The notes below the pieces were generated by a model. That model made no database searches and had not been told where the DNA came from. It saw nothing but the letters and a program-made list of their open reading frames with translations. A stretch of 64,000 bases of DNA from Paraspadella gotoi (taxonomy: Eukaryota > Animalia > Chaetognatha): assembly GCA_051294375.1 (NCBI GenBank), contig CM119269.1:4369673-4433672 (forward strand). The letters are read 5' to 3'. Position numbers and translations under genes: made by a program. Of the stretch, positions 40,170-52,466 are shown in pieces (positions within the stretch are counted from its first letter, which is position 1; every line of letters begins with the position of its first letter).

Positions 40170-43100
40170 TAGGTTAAAATACTAATGGATTAAGGTTTAG
40201 CTTGGCATGAAAAAAGGTTAGGGTTTCAGGGCTAAAAAAATGGTCCCTCGTCTGTAACTGAAAAAGTACCAGATTGTACATAAGATAATTCTATAGGGTT
40301 AGGGTTTTTATTGGGGTATTTCAGGTTGTGATATGGCGAAGTCTTATTATCCCACACTTTATTCTCTTGGCAGTCCTTTTCAAACCCTAACTTGGGCCAA
40401 TGCTTTTTTCTTCAACTTAGTTTCCCACCTAATATAAAAAGATTGATCCTATGGATGCCTGAGATGGTTATTCCTTTCAGGCCAGGTAAGTATCAGAGTG
40501 AAAACGAAAAGTAAATAATAATGATAAGTATAATATAGTATATTTTTGAATCTAAGTTTAAAAGTTAAAAAATAAAAGTATAATAAATAAAATATTTAGT
40601 TTTTTATCTTTTAAAAATATCTTTCAACCATATCTAAACAAAAAAATTATACCCCTAAAAGTTATAATATAAAAAATTATAAGCAATTAATTGTTATTTT
40701 ATTAGTATTATTATTATTATTATAATATAATTAATTATATATTATATTATTATATATTATTCAAAAAATCCCATCCACTTATATGAAAGAGCTTCTCGTT
40801 AATCAGTCTGTTGCAAGAATGGGTTGCCCTGTATTAACGTTATAGACCGATTACCAGGACATAGTTGTAAGAGATAAATTGTACTTCATAAATAGTATTT
40901 TAATAAATTATAATTTAGATTTTAAAAAAAGAATTATTATTATTTACTAATCTGAGTATAATAATATATGATATTAAATAAATTATAAAATCTATATATG
41001 TTTTTTTAAATATTTTTTTAATTTAAATAATATAATCTATTTAATTTTTTATGGAGCTGCGGAGCTCGGGCATTTTTTATTTCGGCTCCGGCCTCCAAGG
41101 CTCCGGTCCCGGGCAAAAATTTTTTTCCGCTCCGGCTCCAGCTCCGGCTCCGGCCAGATAAAAATTCTGGCTCCGGCTCCCTGTCCGGTCTCCGGCATAA
41201 ATAAAAGCCCGAAGTCTCCGGCGTCTCTCCTCATTACCGGGCTCCAAGGCGCTCGGCTCCACATCCCTACAGGAATATAATACTCATTTTTAGTCAATGG
41301 CCAACCGTTGTAACGTTAGTCGAATGAGCCTGCTCATAATCTTATAATATACTATATCTCTCCTTTTNNNNNNNNNNNNNNNNNNNNNNNNNCCGTCTTT
41401 TAGTTTCAGAGGTCCTTGGGGTTTTGCTCTCTAATTCAAGTTACTTTTATTTTGCTTCGAAGCTAAATAAGAGTATTTTTTTTTATTTTATTTTTAATTT
41501 CTATAAAAGTAACGTAACGTAACGTAACGTAACTTTTCTCAAAAACCTAGTTTTTGGTTTCTTGCTCCGTCCTTATTCATAACATTGATACGTTTAAAAA
41601 GTTTTTTAATTACTATAAGAAGAGATGTATTTCATCATCCTCGATAAATGCTTAACCGATAAATGTTTACTCGCATGATCTGGCATTGTCTGATCAAACT
41701 TTTCGACTTCTTGTACAACTTCTTGCCAGGAGAAGAAGGAGAAGAAGGAGAAGGCCATAAAAGTTGCAAGTGCGCGGAACGAGTCTCATTTTTCAAAAGT
41801 CGAAGAGAGAATAGAGAGCGAGACGCCGAGACGGCGACGGAGCCACGTTTTCCACGAACGTGACGGCACATCGCGTCTGAAGACGATTCGCATATCGTGT
41901 TCCCGGATTTTATCTGAAGACTTTGCGTCCCCTCTTTTTTTCACACTTCGCTCACCCACCCCCTCCCACTAAAAAAAAAGATTCTTTTGCTTTGCGTCTT
42001 TAGTTTAAATCCTTTCCCGCGTGATTTCCTTCTCAGATTCGCTTTTTTTTTTCCTTTCACTTATTTTTTCGGTTCAGCTTGCTTTTTTAGCCGGAATTAC
42101 AGATTCCGGCTGTATAATCCACTTTTTTGATCCGTCGCTCTCACCCCAAAATCTTCTAGGAATATCGCTTAGATCATCTCAGATAATACATAATAAATTA
42201 TGCACAAAAAAAATAATGTCCGTCTTTCTGTCTGTCTGTCTTACTTTGGACGCAAATTATTCATGAGTGGAACGGGCGATTGACTTCAAAATTTTTTTAT
42301 GCGTAAAAAAGTGTGTGATTTAGCTAGAAATTAAGTTTCGTTGGAATCATCAGGGTGGAAAAGATTTGAAATGGGGAAAAAAGTGCCAATATAGATTTTT
42401 TTTTCTGTTGATACGGAGGCAATTAAGGTTTAAAAAACTATGGAAAAGTCCAATGGTTGATGCATCGAATGGCAGTTAGGTCCAGATCTGGGTTGAGCCA
42501 CAAGTAGATTTACTGTGAGGCCAGGGCCCTAGGTTAGGATTAGTGGGAAAGAGACTGGAGTTTGAACAAGAGCCCGTTGTAAGGAGTGGTAGGGTTAGGA
42601 AGCCCACAGAAGGTAAAGTGAGCAGGAATGATGAAATGTATGGAGGAGGCCTAGTTAGGTTGGAGAAACAAAAAGCATCAGGAAGATGTACGGGAGACTT
42701 GGGCCTTTAGGGTTTAGTTTTAAGGAGAAAGAGCCCCACAGGTGAATGTACTTCCTTCCCCATGTCTCAATCTTCAGCCACAAGATTTTCTCTTTAACTT
42801 GCGCCAGTATCGTTCCTTGTGATTATATGTCATAATATGTATTATTACGCCATGGCGAGGTCAACCAGTGGATAGCGGTATTGGTGACACAACCAGGCAT
42901 TTGCTTGATAATTGCCATAGGAAGCTCCGCAACGCAACGTAGCCCAACAACAATTGTGACTCATGGCTGTGAATGCGGCCCCGGGGCAACATTGATATTT
43001 GAATTTAAACCTACAACCTAGAGTTGGGTTTGAAGTCAGAAATAACAAAAAGCCTGGAAATTACAAGTCGACACACAACCGGCCCGCCGGAAAAAAAAAT

Positions 43101-43179
43101 TGTCTATTTGCAATTGTGAGAGAATATTTTTAATCTAAAAGATTTTTTCTTAGTAAAAACCTAAATCATTTATATATCC

Positions 43180-43884
43180 TATTGGGACTAAAATCCCACC
43201 AACCGATTCATCAGCGGCCCATTGGGTGCCGGAGCAAGTCATTCGCCGTCAACCCAAACGTCCTTGGGTTCTAGCCAACGGTGTTTTCCGTCTGGCAGGT
43301 TAAGAGGAGCGGTGGCGCTTAACCCGCCTGTACTCGGTCCTGTTACCAGCCTGAATCCGAAGCTAGGGAACTGGCATATATTGAACGGTTCATGTCACAC
43401 TTAACTCATAACAAGTTAATTGTACTGTTCTCTTCATGGTGAGCCCACCGACTTTCCCGAACACAACACCAACAACACTTTCAGGCGACAATGCCTCTAA
43501 CCTGGCCGATGCACTTTTCGACCACAAAACACATCAGGCGACACCTGCCTCAAACTTGGTAAGACGAACTTTCAACCAACAAACAACAATTCACTGAAGT
43601 GACGCCACAGACTTCTCCCTACGGGAGGGGGGGAATGATAAATGTGGACTAAAATCACCAACCGTTCATTCAGCGGCCATTGTGCCGGAGGCAAGTCAAT
43701 TCGCCTCGCTCAACCCAAAAGGTCCGGGGGTTCTAGCCCGGTGGTCGTCTCGGCAGTTTAAAGGACGGCGGGCGCTTAACCCGCCTGGTAACTCGTTTTG
43801 TTCAGCCTGAATCCGAAGCTCAGACGTGCTTATATTGAATCGGTTCTGTCACTAACTCATAACAATTAATTAACTGTCTCTTCA
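43180..43884 (+). mobile_element. tRNA-LTR TRIM, redundant copy
   Basis: LTR 43180-43436, PBS TGGTGAGCCCACCGAC from 43437, PPT, LTR ending at 43884, ATCC flanks. Confidence 0.75.
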
Positions 43885-44101
43885 ATCCAAATTTTATTTG
43901 ATTGGTTTATGATTTGACTAGCAATAACCAGGAAAAAGTTGCTTTAAAAATGTGTCTTTCGATTTTAAAACAAAATTTATTTAATTTTTTTGTCTAACCT
44001 TTATATAACATTTTTTAAAAACTTTACATTCTTTATTGTTTTTTGAAATATTTAAAGATAAAACGAAAATTCTTTATTTGACAACAATATTTTTGTTTTT
44101 A

Positions 44102-44262
44102 TTTAAATTGGATATGTGTTTTGACTCGGTAATAACTTTGAGTCTTCATCAGCATTTAAAACCTTTACAAACTCAATGATTTTAAAAACTGTGAAACGTT
44201 TTGGAATTTAAAATGGCTGATGAAGACTATGAAGTCCTAAGAGTGGAAACTGTCCGTTTAAA
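44102..44262. ncRNA. Palindromic pair of degenerate minimal hammerhead ribozyme motifs (Penelope-type); copy at about 39215-39385
   Basis: Plus strand: CTGATGA-AGACT...AGTG-GAAAC-TGTC. Minus strand: CTGATGA-AGACTC...GAGTC-AAAAC-ACATATC. Both are closed by tttaaa stems and followed by AATAAA. Confidence 0.55.
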
Positions 44263-46597
44263 TAAAAACAAATCATTGTTATCAAATGAACAAATTTTTG
44301 TCTTCTCCTCCAATAAGAACTTTTATATATAAAAAGTGGTCTATCCCATATTACATATCTTCTGAAAGCTCTTTAAAAATCTTTTAAAATAAATATAAGA
44401 AATTGAAACATAAAAATAAGCCATAACCAGCTTTGTATTAATTAATGATAATCCAAAAATTGAAAATAATAAAATCCTAAAATAATTTTTAAATAACTGA
44501 CCTATTTTACTATAGATCTTAACCAATTATTGTTTATATATAGTACTCTATAAAGAAATCTTAAGAAAACTAATATTTAAAATATGAATCTAATCAAATT
44601 ATTTAATCCATTATGTCAAACTGCTCTTTCTAAAAATTTTAATTAATTAATTATCCTTAAGCATAGGGATTAGGCTAATTTATAATATGGATATAGTATT
44701 TTTAATTATGTCAATCTCTTTATATTTTCAGGAGAAGCTTTCAGAATGATTAATATTGATAACCTTTTTAATATAATAAGTTGTAAAAAAATACGTTTAA
44801 AAAGTTTAAAATAAACAAATTGAAAAAAAATGGAGTTAAAATGAACACAATTTTAAGACAACTTTTCTCTGCTTGCTCAGTACCAAGTTCAAATCAAAAC
44901 CAATCATATAAAATTTTGAGATTAAATTAACTGATTTAGGAAGTTTTAATTACAGAAAAAAATGTATTCAAATGAAAAAAATTTTTACAAATTTGCAAAT
45001 GACAATTTTTTTAACGGCGAATCTGTCCCTGAGTGTCACCTTGTAGGTGTAAAATACTAATGGATTAAGGTTTAGGCTTGGCATTGAATAAAAGGTTAGG
45101 GGTTAGGGCCTAAAAAAATGGCCTCTCTGTAACTGAAAAATGTACAGATTGTACATAAGATAATTTTATTAGGGTTAGGTTTTTATTGGGGTATTTCAGG
45201 TTGTGAATGGCGAAGCTTATTTATCCCCACATTATTCCTTGGCCAGTCCTTTTCAAACCTAACTTGGCCAATGCTTTTTGTCTTCAACTTAGTCCAACCT
45301 TAAATATAAAAAGATTGACTATGGATGCCCTGAGTTGGTTATCCTTTCAGGCAGTAAAGTATCAGATGAAACGAAGTAAACTAATATGTAAGTATAATCT
45401 ATAGTATATTTTTGAATTAATTATAAAAAAGTTAAAAAATAAAAAGTACTTATAGAATAAAATAATTTAGTTTTTTATCTTTTAAAAATATCGTTTCAAC
45501 CATATCTAACAAAAATTATTACCCTAAAAGTATATAATATAAAAAATTAGTAAGCAATTAATGTTAATTGTTATTTATTATTATATTATTATATATATTA
45601 TTATATATTTATTATTATTATTATTCCAAAATCCCATATTATGTGAAAGAGCTTTGTTAATCAGTCTGTATGCAAAATGGGTTGCTGTATTAAGTATAGA
45701 CCATACAGGACATATTAAGAGGATAAATTTTACTTCATAAAATAAGTATTTATAATAAATTATAATTAGAAATTTAAAAAAAAGAATTATTATTATTTAC
45801 TAATCTGATGTATAATAAATATATGATATTAAATAAATTAATAAAAATCTATATATGTTTTTTAAATATTTTTTTTAATTTAAATAATATAATTCTTATT
45901 TAATTTTTATGGGAGCTGGAGCCGGGCATTTTTTATTTCGGCTCGCTCCAAGGCTCCGGCTCCGGTCAAAAATTTTTTTCCGAGGCTCCGGCTCCAGCTC
46001 CGTGCTCCGGCCAGATTAAAAATTCTGGGCTCCGGCTCCGGCTCCGGCTCCGGCAAAAAAAAGCTCTGCTCCGGCGGCTCCTAGCTCCGCTCCGGCTCCG
46101 CCTCACATTCCCTGACAGAATATAAATTACTATTTTTAGTCGAAGGAAAGTCTCGTGAACGTAGTCTGAATGAGCCCTGTATTAATAACTATAAAACTAT
46201 AATAAACTATTACTTCGGAAAAGGTTAATGGCTATGGCTAATGGCTAATGGCTAATGGCTAATAATGCTCGATATGTTTTTCATAGCAAATGTTTCCGGA
46301 AAATACGGTTTTTCAGGACGTGGGCAGTCTTTTAAAAAAAAATNNNNNNNNNNNNNNNNNNNNNNNNNTTGGTAGGTAGTGATAATTACACGTACTTACT
46401 ATGTACCTCTTATGTACACAGAAAATGAACAAAATATGTAAAACAGGTGGAAATATACAGTACAACATCCGAGGGCCATTTTATCCTTAAAAATCAAACG
46501 ATAAATTAACCGTTAATTAATGTAATGTTCTTTTCTTTCCTTTTTAATATTTTATACATTCATAATATTTTTAGTAGATTTCATGTTGCAAACTTAC

Positions 46598-47138
46598 CTC
46601 TCGCTAATAATTTATCACCTTAACGGTTTTCTCAAAGTCGTTTCCCGGTACCAGACGTTTCCTCCCTTCTTTCCTCCTTGTCGTCTTCCTTTCCTTCCTT
46701 CCTTCTTTCCTCCGTTCCTTCCTCCTTTTCTTCCTCCCTTCCTTTCCTCCTTTCCTCTTTCTCCATCAATCGACGTGTCGATGTCGGCCATGAAGGCGGC
46801 GATGATGTAGTCGCCGCCCGATCCACCGTCGATTCCATCGTCGATTCCATCGTCGATTCCATCGTCGATTCCACCGTCGATTCCATCGTCGATTCCATCG
46901 TCCTCCGATTCCGCGTCGTTTCTCCCGAAGCTTTCGACGCCGAAGGTGAGGAATCCGTTCGTGTGGACGAAGACCTGAGAAGAAGCCTCGATGGTCACCG
47001 GTTGGAAATGGTAGAGAGGGTAACGAATGCTCCTTCGAAAAACGGGAAAAAGTTTTTTTTTTTTTGGGGGGGGGGTTAAAATCTGGGCGCCGTCGTCGAC
47101 GCCAGCGACGCAGGCGGTCGGAAAAGAGGAGGTGTCAA
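46598..47138 (-). CDS. NIDO-domain protein exon (nidogen/TECTA/SUSD2/MUC4-type domain)
   Basis: cttcAG acceptor; ...GVDDGAQIL...FP.F...VFVHTNGFLTFG...YIIAAFMADIDT...GNVWYRETT. One indel near 46620 gives GDKLLAR followed by G|gtaagt. These motifs match the NIDO-region consensus V.TNG.LSF / IAPFWAD.D / G.V.YRET. Confidence 0.8.
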
Positions 47139-48892
47139 CTGAAGCGAGGAAGTTAGGAAAGAAAAATGAGAAAAAGGTTAGAAATAAAGAAGAGAGAAAA
47201 ATAAGAAATAAAATATTGAAAAGGTGAAGGAGCAGAAGAGGAAAGAATTTGCTTTGAAAAGAAAAAAAAATCTATGAGTAAATTAAACTCCTTTAACCAA
47301 ATTTGATTCGTGGATTTATACTCTATTCAATTATTGAACAAATCACATTCGGAAACATGTCTTTAAACCAATATTAATAACATAATTCTCTGCGAGAGGA
47401 TTAACGGTCTTATCTATAATCTTGTGAGGCAAACACAAACATACAGTCCTGTGGCAAAAAAAGTCGCGCCACTTTAATTTCAGACTTTAAAATCTCATAA
47501 ATTTTATTAAAAATTAGGACCATCCGTTTACGGAGGCAATGATTTTTAAAATTAAGTCCTCTTCCATATCAAAAAGAAATATTGATACGATTTGAAGATT
47601 AAACTTTTTGTATTCGTGGTATTTTACACACAATACTCATTAAGGTAGATTTGAAATGAAAAAATTCATCTCTGACATTCAGCAAGATAGCTGGATCATA
47701 GCTAGTAGATGATAGCCCTATATAATCTTAGGGTTAATTGAAATATACGAATGAAAAACAGAGATTCAAGTGTAACGATTCTGAGCTTTTACACGGATTT
47801 CAAATGGAAGTGAATAAATGATCAATACTGTGGACTAAAATTATCTGATATACGCGACTTCAGATTTTGTACCTTGATTAAAAAATTGCCCAGCACATTT
47901 TGTTTATTTTCATCAATCTCGCGAGTAGTCCCAGCTTGCTTATTTCTTAGCTACTGTATGTGCTCATCATGGCATGGACGAATTTCAAATAATTTATTTT
48001 ATGATTTGTCAAGATAGAACGCTTCCTTGTTATACGCAGAGAGATATATTTCTGATAAGAAAGAGAGAATGAAATAGTGTTTTAAAAATTTTGGTTTATC
48101 TTTGTACATATATAGATATAAAGATATTGAAATATATGTTCTGGACGTGCATCACTTAAGAAATCGTATCCATATAAATCTTTGTCAATACCCGAGCACT
48201 AAAAATAGCACTTTCCATTTGATTTCCCACTTGAACCGAATTTATAATAAAATTTAGACGTTATTGATTTTTTTTTTATTTTTAATTTTTTTATGAAATT
48301 GGTACATTAACCAATATAAAGCGAATTAATCCATTCATTGTCAATAAATCAGCTATCTGTCCTGACTTTGGACAGGCTTTAATATAATTTTTTAAAACTG
48401 TTTTATAAGAACAGGTCTGGTTATATACGAAGTGGCTCTTTGATTTTTTGCACAGGTCGTAAACAGGTGTTTCAGTAAGCCGATCAAGAACATTTGCAGA
48501 TGTGAAAATGCAGGAGCCGGGAGCTGAATTAACAAATGCGAATAATAGGGCCTTTTTGTTCTCAACCAGAATAGTGCCCGCGACTCCAACAAACATAATA
48601 AACGTGAATTTCCTTGCTTTAGATTTGAGAACGTGGTTCTCTAGGCTGAGGCAAGCGGTCAAGAATCAGAACGCGTCTTTTTCGAAATTAATTCTCTCTG
48701 CTCTCGTCTCCTGCGGATGTCCTCCTCTCAACCGATCCAGTATTCGGTCATCCTCTCTCGTCTCTAAGGTATCCTGCTCTGCTCTCGTCTTCGTCTATAC
48801 ATATGTTTAGCGTCTCTGCGGCTCTTCTCTGACGGTGGCATTGTCGGTCCTCTCCTCTCGATCCTCTCCTCTCTTTCTATTCTCAATATAAC

Positions 48893-49007
48893 CGGGCGCA
48901 AAGAAATCCGACACATAGCTGAACGGCGAGTAGTGTGTGATCTTTTTGGGGAGAGATTTTCTGTTCAAGTGGTTTGACCATGCCATCCGCGTTCGAGGAT
49001 TCGTCAC
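48893..49007 (-). CDS. Probable NIDO C-terminal-part exon (noisy copy of 62207-62305)
   Basis: Same splice sites and sequence as the cleaner copy at 62207-62305. Confidence 0.4.
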
Positions 49008-49491
49008 CTTCGAAATGATTAATACCTTTTTTACAATATTTCTAAATTCGTCTTGTGGGCGTTGAGACTGGCTTCTTTTTAAATTGTCTTCTTGTTTATG
49101 TTTCCATCCTTCCTCTCGTTAATAATTTTCGTCTTTGTTGTTTTTTGTTTGTTTTTTGTTTTTTGTTTCTTTCTTCTTTCTTCTTTCTTTCTTTTCTTTC
49201 TTTCTTCTTCTTTCTTTCTTTCTTTTCTCTTTTCTTTCTTTCTTTCTTTCTCTCTCTCCCTTTCTCTTCTGCTCTCTCTTCTCCTCTCTCTCTCCTGCTC
49301 CTCGGTCTCCTCCCTTCGTCTCGTGCTCCGTCCGTATTTCTTCCTCCTCTCTCCTCTCTCTCCTCTCACTTCTTCTCTGGTACTTTTTCATGACCTTCCC
49401 CCTCCTTATTTCTTCTTCCGAAAGACGGACAATCGACTCTCTTTTCTCGTCTGTGACAAAGACGATTTGGGAATGTGTTTTTTGTTTCAAG

Positions 49492-49656
49492 GTTCGATTT
49501 CTCCGACCGTCAACACCGAGGCTGCTCTTGTTCGCCGCCACGGTTTGACGCGGCTCTCCCATCGCTGCCCCACGTCACTGACTACGGAGGTGTGTCTCGC
49601 GCGGAAATTGCGCAATCGCGAAGTGACGTTTCACGTCACGACCGAACGCCCGCCAG
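49492..49656 (+). CDS. Candidate exon, possibly the NIDO middle part (second copy about 50690-50856)
   Basis: ttgtttcaAG acceptor and CAG|gtgag donor (gtaag in copy 2). Mixed frames give TPRLLLFAAT...VTFHV, resembling F.P..LF.ATW...NTFQ.V. Confidence 0.4.
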
Positions 49657-49894
49657 GTGAGACCTTGCGAATTTAAAATGGGGAGCCGAGAGATTCCCCG
49701 GAATCTCACTGCGAAAAGGTGAAGAAAGACCTGAATAATTACGATTAATACACGACATTTAAATTTAATTATTGTTTGTCAGTTCTGTTAGTGGCCACTT
49801 CAGTAACCGTCCAAAACACATCTCTAACTGTAACGCGTAACTCGGTCATCAAGTACAGTAGAATACAAATCCGATCGATGCACGGAAGTGTGGG

Positions 49895-50242
49895 TTTCAT
49901 CTTGACGCGCGAGTACGTCGTGATACAACCTACGTCGGTCCGTTCGGCTCTGTAGTCGGTCCGGTAAGTCTGTCCTTTGGTCTGTCCCACTTACCGTTAA
50001 AAATGCTAATAATTTGCCTACGTTGATGATTGCTCAATTGTTTGCTTGACAGCACCAGAAATACCAAACTCAAAAACACCGTAACAAAAATCTATAGTGG
50101 TTACTTGCTCTACGCTGCAATGTCATCGTCCATGTGGCGTCATGTCATATAATGGTCCATATCATGTGTACAAGGAACTCTGCGTGAATAAGGCATAGTG
50201 CCACTGCGGCGCAACACCATTTTGAATCTACCGATGCTTGTT
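49895..50242 (+). mobile_element. HINE family A copy, noisy (partial duplicate at about 51093-51250)
   Basis: ctgtcccacttac...aaaatgc block and gcggcgcaacac...cttgtt end. Confidence 0.6.
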
Positions 50243-50466
50243 TTAAAATCGATAGTGAATTTCGTTTCAAACTTATTGTTTGGTAGGNNNNNNNNNNNNN
50301 NNNNNNNNNNNNCTCGTTTAATATTTTCGCTCTTTGTTGTTTGTTTGTTTTGTTTTTTGTTTTTTGTTTCTTTCTTTCTTTCTTCTTCTTTTCTCTTTCT
50401 TTTCTTTCTTCTTTTCTTTTCTTTCTTTCTTTCTCTTTTCTTTTTCTTTCTTTCTTTCTTCTCCTT

Positions 50467-50498
<32 letters not shown>

Positions 50499-51890
50499 CT
50501 GTCCTCTTGCTTCCCGTGGTATCTCCCTCCGTCTCTCTGTGGCTCTCGTCCTCTCTTCTTCTCTCTGGCATCTTTCTTCACTACCTTCCCCCCCTTCACT
50601 CTCTCTTCCCTGTAATGCAGGACAGATCGACATCCTCTCTTTCTCGTCTGTGACAAAGTACGACTTTTGGAAATGTGTTTTGTTTCAAGGTTCGATTTCT
50701 CCGACGGCACACCGATGGCTGCTCTTGTTCGCCGTCCCACGGTTCTGACCGCGCTCTCCCTCGACGTCATCTCGACTAAGGAGGTAGTCGTCTGCGAGCG
50801 GAAATTGCGCAACGGGAAGTTGACGTTTCACGTCCACGACCGAACCCCGCCAGGGGTAAGCCCGAATTTAAAATGGGGGCCGAGAGATTCCCCGAATCTC
50901 AGCTGCGAAAGAGGTGAAGAAAAGACCTGAATGAATTGACCGATTAAAAACGACATTTAAATTTAATTATCTGTTTGTCAGCTCTGTTAGATGGCCACAT
51001 TCAGTACACGTCCAAAAACCATCTCGTAACTGTAAGTAACTCGTCATCAAGTTACAGTAGAAATAAAATACCTCATCGATGACGGAATTGTGGTTTCATA
51101 TTGCGCCTGCGAGTACTCGTGGATACAACTCGTCAAGTCCGGTCGTTCGGCTCTGTAGTCGGTCGGTAAGTCTGTCCCTTTGGTCTGTCCCACTTACGTT
51201 AAAAATGCTTAATAATTTGCCCTACCTTGTGATTGGCGCATTTGTTAAGACTAGATAAACCCTAAACGCGCGTATGAAAAATGTCTAGGTACTGGCTCAC
51301 GCGATTTGTCTCCTTGCTGGCCGGCATCTTCATATAAGTTCATAGCTGTTACGCGAGGAGGGAGAGAAATACTGAGCGCAATCAATTGTACGTGAGAGGT
51401 CAGATACGCACCTGAGCCGCCGGACGACTCGGACCTCAGAAAAATTGAATTACCCATCGGGCTGCCTTGACTTTAAAAACTTGAAGAACATGGAAGCTGT
51501 GACGTTTGTGAAGTCTCGTGAAAAGTCTTTCCTCCCATTCCTCAACTGGACTTCGTTTTCTCGAGTGACGGTTTGTCGGGTCGTTGTAAGGAGTTGACGT
51601 GAATCGTGTGATTCGATTAAGAAGATATATGGGGAGACTGTCAGAAAGCCGGAGTAGACCGCTCGAAGAGATGACATGAGCGCGAACGACGCACGCGACG
51701 ACGACGACTGAGTTCCGACTCGACATCGAGCGGGCAGGCTTTGTGGCGGGGGGGGGACTAAGGTGAGGCGATTGGAGGTGTAAGGTATCGGGCGATACTC
51801 ACGTTACCGAACAAGGTAATTAGCACGGGCTGAGATTATTTTGAAAATTTTTAAGTGAGGAGTGGAAACATAAACAGAGAGGAGAGAGAG

Positions 51891-51940
<50 letters not shown>

Positions 51941-52098
51941 CGAGAATGGTAGGAAAAAATGGAAGGAGATAAAAAAAAATATGATTGATTACGAATAAGA
52001 AACTAAAATAACTAAAAGAAATAAAGAATAAAAGAGAAAAGAGAAGTCTTGATACAAAAGATTTAAGAATGAAAAGTCAGAAACAGATATTGGGGGAG

Positions 52099-52153
<55 letters not shown>

Positions 52154-52415
52154 AGCGATTGCAAGAGCAAGAAAGCGTGATTTGTGTTAGGCTCTGCAAG
52201 CAAGAGATTTATCCATCCGACATTTCTTTTTTTTTTTATCTACAATTTGCTTGCACGTCTTACTAAGTGGTTCTGCCATAAAGATGTTTCTCCAATTTAA
52301 CTTTGGATCCATTAATTTTAATAACAGTTTTTTTAAAAATTATTTTCTTTCTTTCTTTTTTTTTTTCTTTCTCTCTTTTGGTTTCTCCTCTTTCCCTCTT
52401 CTCTCTCTCTCTCTC

Positions 52416-52466
<51 letters not shown>

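Larger units (their letters stand above)
36591..41268. mobile_element. Non-autonomous hAT-type element (about 4.7 kb) with nested cargo
   Basis: TIRs CAGGGATGT / ACATCCCT(G), sub-terminal (GGCTCC)n arrays at both ends, and TSD ACAGGAATA on both sides (ACAGAATA, 8 bp, in the second copy at 46115-46122). Confidence 0.75.
42441..46114. mobile_element. Redundant copy of the right 3.7 kb of the hAT-type element (third, inverted partial copy at 62563-63790)
   Basis: Colinear with 37571-41268, differing mostly by 1-nt indels; same right flank. Confidence 0.7.

Noticed and set aside
47442-47472. Tc1-like terminus TA-CAGTCCTGTGGCAAAAA
   Set aside because: No convincing matching inverted end found in the window.
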